Below, one piece after another: positions 39,180 to 50,980 of a DNA stretch of 64,000 bases; the first letter of the stretch is position 1; the number at the start of each line of letters is the position of its first letter. Below the pieces are notes generated by a model. The model was not told where the DNA came from and did not search any database. It worked only from the letters and a program-made list of their open reading frames with translations. This stretch comes from Octopus sinensis (taxonomy: Eukaryota): NCBI RefSeq assembly GCF_006345805.1, contig NC_042998.1, forward strand, positions 144,522,001 through 144,586,000, given 5' to 3'. Position numbers and translations under genes: made by a program.

Positions 39180-40290
39180 ATGTTGAGAAAAGAAAAGAAT
39201 CACCATTATGTAGAATGTGAGGAACAAAGGAGAGATGGTCAGCCATCTTGTAAGCGAATGTGTTAAGTTGGCGCAGTGTGAGTACAAAAGATGACATGAT
39301 AATAATAATAATAATAATGAAATTATTGTATACAGTGCTCAGGTGCACCACAACTTGTTAGAAAGTGCATATAAAGTATATGCAGTAATGTACAAATGTC
39401 TGGAAAGTGAACAATGTATGAGTCAGATACATGCTTGTGTGTATGGAGGGGAGAAAATCAGGTGTAGTGTTGGCGAATCTCAGAAAGCATGGAAGTTTTG
39501 AAGGATGCAGTGCTCCGACAACTAACAACTGATGCTGGCAGTTTGTTCCATGCTTCAGCAACTCTCAGCGTGAAAAAATGTTTCTGAAAGTCATGGGAGC
39601 TGTGCTGTTTTCTGACTTTGTAAATATATCCATGGGTGTTAGACGGGTGGAGTTTGAAAAGGTGCTCAGAGTTATTGTTTGTAAGATGGTTAATAATATA
39701 TCCTGCCAGATATATTCACTGGATGATATTTGAGGAATGTGGGTTTATGACAGCAGCTAAATGGTTTGAGCAGAAATCAGAAGGCGTGTTAAAGAATAAC
39801 AAACTTAAGTTTTTGTGGAACTTCACTATTCATTGTGATAGAATGATTGAGGCAAGAAGGCCAGATATTGTAGTCATTAACAAGAATGATAAAGAGGTCC
39901 AAATTATTGATGTCTCTATCCTAGGAGATAGCAGAGTGAATGATGAAGAGCATGAAAAGATGGAGAAGTATGAGTCACTGAGGAGGTTGGAAAGTTGTGG
40001 GGGATGAAGGTTTTGGTGATTCCAGTGGTAATCAGAGCACTGGAATGCATACTGGACAGTTTTCGATGACTTTGTAAATAAAATCGGAATTGATGCAAGA
40101 TTACTGGTCATGCATATGACAGTACTTCTTTGTACAGCAAAGATATTAAGGAAAGTTTTGAAAGGCACAGGAGAGCAAGTAGTAAGGGACCTTTGTCAAC
40201 TTGTTGACTACTTTGTAGAAATGTCTGAACTGCTTAACAACTAAGTGTCTGAGATTTACAAAAATGAAACATAATAATGCTAATGATGAT
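39180..40290 (+). mobile_element. RLE-type (R4/Dong-like) non-LTR retrotransposon 3' fragment, split by a CR1 insertion
   Basis: CCHC knuckle SPLCRM...VSHLVSECVKLAQCEYKR*HD, then ARYIHW..LWNFTIHCDRMIEARRPDIVVINK..IIDVSI (PD-D/E endonuclease). Ends in TAA/TGA triplets. Confidence 0.85.
39301..39693 (-). mobile_element. CR1-clade LINE 3' end with (ATT)n tail, nested in the RLE element
   Basis: Open frame ..NTHGYIYKVRKQHSSHDFQKHFFTLRVAEAWNKLPASVVSCRSTASFK..HYT* (stop 39458-39460), a typical CR1 C-terminus. Confidence 0.85.
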
Positions 40291-40421
40291 GATAATAATT
40301 ATTTCTGATTTAGGCACAAGGCCAACAATTTTAAGCAGTGGAGTTGGTGAATATTATCAACTTGGTAATTTATTTTATTTACCCTGAAAAAAGAATGAAA
40401 GGCAAAGTTTGAACCCAGCAG

Positions 40422-41239
40422 GTTGAGGAACTAGCAGAGAAGCTTGGATTTGGTCTTTCAACCATTCATCGATACTCGTGTGCCATTGGAAAAGTCAGAA
40501 AATTGGGTCACAAACTTTCTGAGTCTAATCGCACACAGAGAGTGAATGTGTGCTCTTCTTTGCTGTCACATCTCACAAATGAACCTTGTTTGTGACTGGT
40601 GACAAGAAATGGGTTCTCTATAAAAATGTCAAGTGCTGAAGACAGTTGGTAGGGAAAGGAGAAACACTGGCACACCAGGCTAAAGAAAGTCTTCAACCAT
40701 GTACGATGTTGTTTTCTGTTTGGTGGGATATGAAAGGTTTAGTCCACTTTGAACTTTTAAATTCAAACTAAACAATAACAAAGGATATCTACGGTGAGCA
40801 GCTTAAGTCAACGCTAGAAGAAAAACGACCATCTTTGGTTTCAAGACGAAAGGTGTTCTTTCATCAGAATAATGCTTGACCACACACAGCAAGGATGACA
40901 TTCCAAAGGCTGGAGCAGTTTGAATGGGAAATGATGTCCCACTAACCATATTCGGCAGACATTGACCCATATAATTACCATTTATTCTACAGTCTTCGAA
41001 ATTATTTGGATGGTAAAATATGAATTCTGTAGACAAGGTCAGAATAGTACTGGAGGAGTATTTTTCTTCACAGACAAGTGAATTTTGGAAGAGGGGCTTT
41101 GCAAGTCTACCAGATAGATGGAAGAGCATTGTAAAAAATGAATGAGAGTAGATTTTAGATTAAAAAAGAACTTTGTTTATCTTAATTTTGAAAAATAAAA
41201 GAAGTATAAAAAAACTGCATTATTTATGGGATAACCCAA
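40422..41239 (+). mobile_element. Decayed mariner transposon, 5'-truncated, right TIR present
   Basis: VEELAEKLG..STIHR, VTGDKKWVLY, VWWDMKG, FFHQNNA*PH, FWKRG..LPDRW. Right end ..gcattatttatgggataacccaa|ta. Confidence 0.9.
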
Positions 41240-41716
41240 TATGTAGAATGTAATAACAGAAGCATTGAGAAATACATAATTCTTTTGTAAATAATAAATC
41301 TCAAATGTCAATGCAGCTATAAATGATATAATACATAATAGACAGGGTTAAAAATCCTGCAAGCAACTTTCTGCCTTTTTTCTGCCCAAGGGGTCTTTAG
41401 CACTGTTTTATGAGCTGGATTAACCCTTTATTTTATATAGCTGGATTGGAATTCAAGATGTATGATTAATAGAAGACTTAATCTTAATTATAAATAACAA
41501 TGTATCAATATATATCATTATTTTAACATCTTCTTTCCCATACTTGCCTGGGTTGGTTGGAATTTGTTGATGTAGATGTTCTATAGTCCAATGCCCAACT
41601 TGAAGCAACCTCTCACCAGTTTCTAAGCAAGGTCGTATCTCTCATCACTTGTATGATGACATTCATTTACAACTGTCATGTGATGTCAAGATAAAGGGAC
41701 AAACACATACATACAC

Positions 41717-41758
<42 letters not shown>

Positions 41759-42241
41759 ATATATATACATATATATATATATATAATAGGCTTTCAGTTT
41801 CTGTCAACCAAACCTACTAAGGCTTTGGTCAGCCCAGGGTTATAGGAGATATTTATCCAAGGTACCATTGAATCGGAATGAACCTGGAACCACATAGTTA
41901 GGATGTAAGCTAGGTTCTTGACAACACAGCCAAGCCTGCACAGACATAGACACACACATAAATGCATGCTTGTATATATGAAAGCAAAACTGAAGAAAGG
42001 TGAGAAAACTGTATGTAGAGGGATGAAGGGATCAATTATTGGGAAATATTATTTCTCCTTCAGATGTGATTGGATAGCTATATGCAGTTTATAGCTATGT
42101 CTCTGTTGCAAGGTCAGGTCATCTGTGACTCATAACACTGATCAATAATCAATCAATTGCCATTAAAATCTGTGTATCTATAAATCATAGCCATTTCCAC
42201 AGGTTGCAAATCTTAGAAATAACACTGTCTCATTAACTTAC

Positions 42242-42378
42242 CTGAGATGAGCTGACTATGTGTCGTTTATCGGCTGACCAATCCATACATAGAACTTTGC
42301 CCTGGTGACCCTTCAGTTGTCGACGAGGTTTTATGCTTAATGAAGGTACATTCTCTAGTTTCTGTGCTACCACCGTCA
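42242..42378 (-). CDS. GNB5: G-protein beta-5, first visible coding exon (137 nt, starts after a phase-1 intron)
   Basis: Hand translation (x)[45 protein letters not shown] matches Gbeta5 (..RRTLKGHGNKVLCMDW..KRRIVSSSQ). Acceptor ttattgtag, donor gtaagt. Confidence 0.95.
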
Positions 42379-43858
42379 CTACAATAAGAAGGGTGATATA
42401 AAAATATAAATGGTGTTTAAAGAAAATGATATTTGCAATATTCAGATTATATATGAGTAAAATGCATTTAAAATTTCATTCACAGTAAAACATGCTTAAA
42501 AGTTTATGTCCTATCATACCATTGCTCCCTCAACACCTAACACAAAACCACTTTCCCCTCTACTTGCAACTCCACTCAGTTGAGGGGGCTTCCTCTTTCT
42601 TTTCTTGCAAGTTATTTGGCAACCTTACTAGCACCAGTGTCATGAAAAAATCTCATTGTACACTTTGTAAAAAGTCTGGTATTAACAACAAACAAGATGA
42701 AGACAAATATCTGTCAAATGTAAATAATGTACATAATTCCTCATCTTTCAAATATAGAACTGTATGGATTGGTTAGTTTGACAGGATTCAGCAAGCTACA
42801 ATGTCAGGCTTAGCATGGTTTCTACAGCCAGATGCCCTTCCTCATGCCAACCACTTTCTCACTCCACCAACACTAGTGAGGTCATTAAGTAATTTGCCAG
42901 ACATGAAAAAGATAAAGCCTCCTTGACTAAGTGTGTATGTGTGGGGAATTATTTGAGAGGAGGAGGTGGCTTTATGCTAGGTGTTGAATGCTTAAAGTAT
43001 GATAGAGAGACCAATGCAGGTGTCTTGCTACAGAGAGGATGGCAACTCCACATTATATGAAGGTGGGCGAGAGTAAATGGGAAGAAGATAAGGTGTGTAT
43101 GTGTGTGTGAAGAAACTTATATGACTAATTTTCAATTTGTATTAGTTTAGTCAAAGTATCAAGTTTGTTTGGCAGATCACATGTGGAAAATGTTAACATT
43201 CTCTGGCAGAAGGAATGGCATTAAAAAAAGCACAAACAAAAACAGAGACAGGTTTACAGTAGCTCCATTGGTTTATTAACTAGTTTCTGTAAAATAGGTA
43301 AACATTTGAGAAATCTCACATTACCATCTGGAAATACAGTTTTAAAATAAGATTCTCAATGCTCCATCTGTGTTCTCTAAGTTAATTTTATACAGAAATA
43401 TGTTACAGTAGAATGGTAAAAATTTGCCACTTTATTCTTCTTTGGATACTCAATTTATTACTAGATTCAAAGTGTCTAATACCCAAATAACCAATTGTTG
43501 GTTTTACATGTGTTTTTCCAGGGTAGTATGTGTTGGATAAATGCATATTATTCAGGTATTGCATTTACAGTCAGATGCTCTGTCTGTCACAAACCCTTAC
43601 TTGTTTTACAAAGAGAGAGGAGTTTATGACTGGCTGTCATAAACCCTGTATGTTCGAAAGGAAACTAAACTATAGTAAACTGAGTGGATTGGAGCAATGT
43701 GAAATGAAATGCCTTCTTTAAGAGAATAGTTTGTTGATCAGCCATCATGTGATCTAACTACATGCTAACTACAAGTGTATGAAGAAGAGGTAAACACTGA
43801 ACACTTTGTAATCTGGTAATTTTCAGGCTTTAAACATATTAGATAGATTCTTCCCATA

Positions 43859-44195
43859 GGCGCAGGAGTGGCTGTGTGGTAAGTAGCTTGCTAATCAACC
43901 ACATGGTTCCGGGTTCAGTCCCACTGCGTGGCATCTTGGGCAAGTGTCTTCTGAGTGGATTTGGTAGACGGAAACTGAAAGAAGCCTGTCGTATATATGT
44001 ATATATATATGTATGTGTGTGTATGTGTTTGTGTCTGTCCCCCTAGCATTGCTTGACAACCGAAGCTGGTGTGTTTATGTCCCCGTCACTTAGCGGTTCG
44101 GCAAAAGAGACCGATAGAATAAGTACTGGCGGTGCTCCAGCATGGCCGCAGTCAAATGACTGAAACAAGTAAAAGAGTAAAGAGAGAAAGAGTAT
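43859..44195 (+). mobile_element. Young tRNA-derived SINE family A (with internal deletions)
   Basis: A box tggctgtgtgg, B box ggttcagtccc, CpGs retained, tail ccagcatggccgcagtcaaatgactgaaacaagtaaaagag. Confidence 0.9.
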
Positions 44196-46054
44196 AACTG
44201 CTTAAATGCAAGTGTGTGATCATCACCTTCATCACTGTTTTAACATCCACTTTTCCATGCTTACATGGGTCAGAGGTCAGACAGAATTTATTGAAGCAGA
44301 TTTTCTACAACAAGATGTCTTTCCTGTCACCAACTCACACTGCTTCCCACAAAGGTAACATTTCTTAACGGCCAAACATAATTTTGTTGAATATTGGAAG
44401 TGAATGACACTCATTTACAATCATTATGTGATGTCAAGAAAAGGACACACATGACAGGCTTCATTCAGTTTCTGTCTACCAAATTTAACCACAAGGTCTT
44501 GGTTGGCCCAGAGCTATGACAGAAGACACATATCTGGAGTGGAACTGAACCTGAAACCAGTTGGAAGGCAAACTTAAACACACAGCCAATATATCTATAT
44601 AGCATAATCATTTCACATACAGATTCCATGCTGGCATGGTTTGACAGGATCAGATGGGTCCAAGTACAGCATTGTGCTACAGTGTCTTCTTTGGCCTAGT
44701 TTTTATGGTTGAATGCTTTTTCTAACATCGCATGCATGCATGTATGTATGTATGCATGCTTGCATGTACGTATGTGTCATCATCATTCATTTAATATCCA
44801 TTTTCTATGCTGGCATGGGTTGGATGGCTTGACCAGAGCTGGCAAGCCAGAGATTTGCACCAAATTCTAGCCTGATTTGGCTTGGTTTCTGCAGTTGGAT
44901 GTTCTTCCTAACACCAACCACTTTACAGTGTGTGCTGGCTGCTTTTAATGTGGCATTGCATGAGTGCTGTTACACAGCACCATCATGAGTGCATTTTACA
45001 TTGCATCAGCAGAGGACTCTTGCAAGCCATTGCTCTTCACCAGGGGAAGTGACCTTAACACTTCTGTTATGGAGTGTATATATGTATTTGCTTTTGTTTT
45101 ATTGCTGTTTTTATTTTTTGATTATTAATTCTATGAACAGGGAGATGAGGGAGAAGAATGTCTATGATCTAGTAAACCTGAAATTTTGCACATTGATACC
45201 AGGAAACAGATAAACAAAAAAAATCAAAACCAGGGAGAATGTAGAATATTGCAGAAGTTTTTGAATCTGGAAAAGAAAGATTTACCAAAAAGTTTTACTG
45301 TAAGGTTTTGTAAAGTATGGGTAATGTTGGTCATGACAAGTGGAGATATTGTAGCTGTTGTTTAACACCAGGGTTACCCTGTTTTTCTATATGTGACCAT
45401 TATGTCTTATTGTAATATCAATAACTACAGTGTCTAATAAATCCTTTATTTGTGACAGTAAGGTAGGACTTGAGGTAGTAATAGTAGCAGCAGCAGTAGT
45501 GGTGGTGGCAGTAGCACCAGTAGTAGTAGTAGTAGTAGTAGTAGTTGTTTTGTTGTTGTTGTTGGTGGTGGTGTAGCAGTAGAAGACTGGGAAGAATTGA
45601 GCTGTGCAGATAACTCTCTACTCTCACACAATTGCGATTAACTTCAATATTTACAGTTCAGAGGAATATATTGGATTTTCACTATCACTCGAGGAAAGAG
45701 AGAGAGAGGGGGTGAGAGAGAGAAGGGGGAGGCAGTGTGTGACAGAAAGAGGGGAGTATGATAAAATAATAAAAGAGAAAATGTAATTAAAATATTTTAT
45801 TCTAATCATTTTGTTGTTTTATGTTTGTTAGTTGTGTATTTGTTTCGCTTTAATGGTAAACGATTTCTTTGAAACAGCTCTGCTATTCTCTCTCTACTTG
45901 GCTGTTTTACTTATTTGCTAATGACAACTGGAGACAAACTGTTGGTGATAGGGTTGGGGGGGGGTCGGAGAACAGTGAGCAGAGGTGAGGTGGAGTGGAA
46001 AGACAAGGTTGTAGAAGATAAGGGATGTGTATAAGATATGAAAGAGAGAGAGGG

Positions 46055-46066
46055 AAAGAGAGAAAC

Positions 46067-46103
<37 letters not shown>

Positions 46104-46223
46104 AGATGGCTAGCTACATAGTAGGTAGATAGGTAGGTAGCTAAGTAGATGGCTAGCTACCTACCTATCTACCTACTATGTAGCTAGCCATCTCTCTCTC
46201 TCATATCTAGCTAGCTAGCGATG

Positions 46224-46292
<69 letters not shown>

Positions 46293-46460
46293 GTAGGTAG
46301 ATTTATAGATAGGTAGGTAGATTTATAGATAGATAGGTAGGTAGATAGGTAGGTAGGTAGATAGGTAGATAGGTAGATAGGTAGGTAGGTAGGTAGATAG
46401 ATAGGTAGATAGGTAGGTAGGTAGGTAGATAGATAGGTAGATAGATGGATAGATAGACAG
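46055..46460. repeat. (GA)n/(GATA)n/(GGTA)n microsatellite containing a perfect 49-bp inverted repeat (46095-46202)
   Basis: Arms 46095-46143 and 46154-46202 are exact reverse complements. Confidence 0.95.
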
Positions 46461-47015
46461 ACAACTGGCTAGAGAGACAGGTGGAAAGATGAGTACACAA
46501 GGAAAGAATAGATGAATACATAATAAAATACACAGGAAAATTGATAGGCTGATAGACTGCGGGAAGGATAGATATGCTGAACAAACTGATAAATGAGAAA
46601 GAATTGACTGAATGATTAAGGTGTTGGACAAAATGCTAAGCAGTGTTTCTTCTGGCTAAGTTCAAGTCCTGGCAAGGTCAAATTTACTTTTTCAACATTT
46701 TGGGTTCAACAAAATAAAGTATCAGTCAAATTTGGGGGCCAATTTAAAAACTTAGCCCTCCTTAAAAACTGCTGGCCTTGTACCAAGGTATTTATTATTA
46801 TTATTGTGTGTTAAAAATATATAAATATGCATACACATACAACCACATAAAGGGAAAGAGACAAGATGAAAAGTAGCTGATTTGAGAGAGAGAGCGAGAG
46901 AGAGAGAGAGAGAAACAGAGAGAGGCAGTAAATGAGAGGAAGAGACAGAGAGTGTAGTATATTTTGCAGTCCATGCATGCCTTACTGTACTGCCAGAAAC
47001 AAACGTTTGTTGCAT

Positions 47016-47058
47016 CCGGAAATGGCGCTAATGCAATAAAACAAACTGCTTGACGTAA
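47016..47058 (+). promoter_or_regulatory. Candidate promoter/enhancer: overlapping ETS-YY1 motif CCGGAAATGGCG plus CRE-like TGACGTAA
   Basis: Motifs read directly from the sequence in a small CpG-containing, TE-poor patch. Function is inferred only. Confidence 0.3.
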
Positions 47059-47783
47059 GAGCAACAAGTTAAGTTCCATTGCATGACTGCACACAATCAC
47101 GCACTCACTCACAAACACGCACATAAACAAATACACAAATAAATTCAATTACATATGCTAACAGAATGAAACACCCATTCACACAAACATACACACACAC
47201 ACATCAGTATGCATGCATAGTGATGCAGAGATATTCAAGCATAATAACATATGACTCTGCATACCAAAACACATACATGCCAGTTCATATTTGTACACAT
47301 TTTCATATACACACACACACACACACAGAACTACAGACACATGCGTGTGTGTTTGAGTGAGTCCAACTAATACCAGCATGGAATGTGTATGTAAAATGAC
47401 AGAAAAGAAATGCACACACACATTTGTACATCCATTCACAAACACACACATTCATTCATAGATAGCAATATGAATGTACTGCATGTGCCCACATTCACAC
47501 ACAAGCACCCATCCATGCACAAATGTCTATAGATATCCACCTACACTTCTGCACACATATTAATGCAGACAAACATGTGCACTAATACACACTTAAGCAT
47601 GCATGTCAATGTCACTAAACACAGTTTTCAAAATAGTGAAAACATCATGAAACATCATGATTAGGAATAAAAAAAAGTCTGAGAGAGAGAGGTGGGGACT
47701 GGAGTACATGAGAGAAGAAAGCATAAGTCAAACAACAGAGGCGAGGAAGAAATATATGGAAATTAAAAGATGAAATTATATAA

Positions 47784-47835
<52 letters not shown>

Positions 47836-47984
47836 TATAATACAAAATATGGCAGTATATTGGATGTTATCCCATAATGGGTTACACTCGCAACCCCTAT
47901 CTCACTTTATATATAATATTTATATATATATACACACATATATATATACCACACATACATATACACATATATAACTGGGGAAAT

Positions 47985-48966
47985 TAGAGAGTGGTTGCAG
48001 CCAATGGAATAGAAAGTGGAGTGCCTCAGGCAACTGTATTGAGGCCACTACTGTTCATGGTGGCTCTTTCAGACATGTCATCAGTTACACAGATAGCCAC
48101 ACTTACTAGCTATGCTGACGACACAAAAGTAGTACAAGCAGTCAAGGAACCTTCTGATGCTAATCTTCTACAGAAAAATCTGGCCAGCTAATTGGTGCTC
48201 AGAAGTCACAACAATGATACTCTGGACCAAAATGAGCATCAATCCTAGAATCACATACAGTGCATGATCTTGAGATTGATTTGAGCAAGAATACCTCGTT
48301 TCACATGCATGTCACCAAGATGGTGGCAGTGTGCAAATGAATGGCCAGATGGATTCTGAAAACCTTCAGAACAAGGACCCAGGAAACTATGCTGGTCCTA
48401 TGGAGGACATTTGTCCTCAGCCATCTAGATTACTGCTCTCAATTGCAGTCGTCACCTCACTGTAGGATTAATACCAGAACTTGAGGCGATTCAGTGATAT
48501 TACATGAGGAAGATTGCATCAATGGAACAGCTAAACTACTGGGAGAGACTGAAAGAGCTATGACTACTCACTGGAGCAAAGATAGGTGAGGTATGCAGTG
48601 ATGTATGTGTGGAAGATACTGGAGGGGCTGGCACCAAACTTTCAAATTGAGAGTTATACCAGACCTCAAAATGGACATCACTGCAATAGCTTGGGATCCA
48701 AGGGCCCACATCTATTTAACACCTTGCCAAAACATCTGAAGGATCTCCATGGAGTGGGAGATGATGTTTTCAAGAAACAGCTTGACCTCTTGCTATCCAA
48801 GATCCCAGATGAACCAATATCAAGGCAGGAAACTCAAAAGAGGGCTGCAGTATTGAACTCTTTCCTTCACCAAAAGCCAATCGCATAGAATTGGCCAATT
48901 AAAAGGTGATTACACTGGCGGTACACCAGCATGGGCGCAGCCTCAAGGCTGACACATAAAAGGATA
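47985..48966 (+). mobile_element. Decayed CR1/L2-group LINE, RT C-terminal half and 3' end
   Basis: SGVPQATVLRPLLF..SYADDTK, WILKTFRTR, LDYCSQL, LNYWERLK, KGPHLFNTLPK, FKKQLD..IPDEP. Confidence 0.88.
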
Positions 48967-49043
48967 TATATATACATATATATACACACATATATAAGAT
49001 TTAGGATTAAATCTAATTTTATAGTATAAATATATATATTTTA

Positions 49044-49144
49044 TATTAAATTAGAGATAAAACCACTATTAGGCAAATCAAACAGTGAAAATCATAAACC
49101 AATACATAGATTTGCCTAATAGTGGTTTTATCTCTAATTTAATA
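49044..49144. repeat. Perfect 36-bp inverted repeat with 29-nt spacer (MITE-like)
   Basis: tattaaattagagataaaaccactattaggcaaatc ... gatttgcctaatagtggttttatctctaatttaata. Confidence 0.95.
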
Positions 49145-49148
49145 AAAA

Positions 49149-49179
<31 letters not shown>

Positions 49180-49206
49180 CACACACATACACATAAATAG
49201 AAACAC

Positions 49207-49785
49207 TATTATTTCTAAATCTCTCAAAGAGAGTTATTCAGGACGTGGCTGTCCTGGATGGGATAAATATTAGTGTTGTTTAGCCCCAGGAAACATTGTT
49301 TCCAGCTGGCTATACGACACAATATCTCTGTCCTTATATTTTTGAACAGGGAGCTCAGCACTCCCATCCAGCACAAGACATGTATGGATTGGTTTCTGGG
49401 TTATTGCCCTTTATCAACACAGGGTAACTGCTTGGCTAGGTGGCACTGTTGAACTTACCATTCGAAAATATATAGTTTTCGAAGTGACACACAGTTATAG
49501 ATCTAAATAAATAGAACCATTATTATTTCTAAATCACTCAAAGAGAGAGTCAGTAGCAGTTCTTTAAAGTAAAGGCTATTTGCCAAAATAATGTGGCTGT
49601 CCTGGAAGGGACAAATGTTACTGTTGCTTAGCCCCAGGAAAATCATTTACAGCTGGCTATATGACACAGAAAGCAGTCCACAGAAGTCTTGTGCTGGATG
49701 GGAGTGCTGAACTCCCTGTTTGAAAATATAAGGATACAGATATTGTGTCATATAGCCAGCTGGAAACAATGTTTCCTGGGGCTAA
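49207..49785. repeat. Fold-back element with 100-bp inverted arms (49280-49379 / 49686-49785) and interleaved direct repeats
   Basis: 6 mismatches in 100 nt between arms. Direct repeats tattatttctaaatc.ctcaaagagag and gtggctgtcctgga...ttagccccaggaaa each occur twice. Confidence 0.9.
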
Positions 49786-49809
49786 ATTGTGATATCTCCT
49801 ATGACATCA

Positions 49810-50148
49810 CAATTCTCTCTCACACACTGTCTTGCAACATGAAACACTTCAAGTCTTTGGTCCTCATGATGCAGAACACTGGCAAATTTTTTCTTATCTG
49901 CTTCCCCTCTAGCTAAGTAAGCCTGTCTCTTAGCTTCCCTTCTGGCAATAATTCCCTGCTACCACTATTCTTCCAGTCCTCCCATGCCTATTTCTTTTTC
50001 CTAATGGCCCTGAGCACAGATCTGGTCAGAAGCCCTCAACAAGTTGTCCCATAGAAACCTCCAGTTGTTTTCCACATCATGTGATGCCATATCCCCCTTT
50101 ATTTCATCAAAAACTTCAAGTAATATGTCTCTAAATCTCTGTCCACAT
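49810..50148 (-). mobile_element. RTE LINE ORF2 fragment (EN-RT linker)
   Basis: GQRFRDILLEVFDEIKGD..VENNWRFLWDNLLRASDQICA.. followed by KAWEDWK-type remnant. Confidence 0.7.
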
Positions 50149-50349
50149 ATATACATATATACACACACATACACACACTTATACATACATACATATATAC
50201 GTACACACATGCACATATACACATACATATACACATATATATATATACACACATATATACATATATACACACACATACACACACTTATACATACATACAT
50301 ATATACGTACACACATGCACATATACACATACATATACACATATATATA

Positions 50350-50980
50350 TATATATATACACCAAACATTTTTACCAACCTTCTGTTTTGATATATATAC
50401 TACTTACTCTTTTACTTGTTTCAGTCATTTGACTGTGGCCATGCTGGAGCACCGCATTTAGTTGAGCAAATTGCCCCCAGGACTTATTCTTTGTAAGCCT
50501 AGTACTTATTCTATTGGTGTCTTTTGCTGAACTGCTAAGTTACGGGGACATAAACACACCAGCATCAGTGTCAAGCAATGTTGAGGGAACAAACACAGAC
50601 ACACATATACACACACACATACATATATATATATACACTCACACCCATAAATATATAAAGATATATATATATACACACATATATACATATGTATATATAT
50701 ATACACCAAACATTTTTACCAACCTTCTGTTTTGATATATATACTACTTACTCTTTTACTTGTTTCAGTCATTTGACTGTGGCCATGCTGGAGCACCGCA
50801 TTTAGTTGAGCAAATTGCCCCCAGGACTTATTCTTTGTAAGCCTAGTACTTATTCTATTGGTGTCTTTTGCTGAACTGCTAAGTTACGGGGACATAAACA
50901 CACCAGCATCAGTGTCAAGCAATGTTGAGGGAACAAACACAGACACACATATACACACACACATACATATATATATATAT
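50350..50980. repeat. Near-identical direct tandem duplication, period 344 bp
   Basis: accaaacatttttaccaacc starts at 50361 and 50705. Duplicated ORFs at 50514 and 50858. Confidence 0.95.

Noticed and set aside
43859-43935. tRNA gene-like A and B boxes (also at 28615, 35305, 51080, 54190)
   Set aside because: No cloverleaf closure; each continues into a multi-copy SINE body.
45380-45631. Ser/Thr-rich reading frames as GNB5 exon 1 or a mucin-like exon
   Set aside because: No similarity to the Gbeta5 coiled coil, a frameshift is needed inside the repeat, there is no phase-1 donor, and it is explained by trinucleotide repeats.
47857-47880. tattggatgttatcccataat resembling the mariner TIR at 41220-41239
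   Set aside because: Wrong position and orientation to be that copy's partner end, and no transposase sequence follows.
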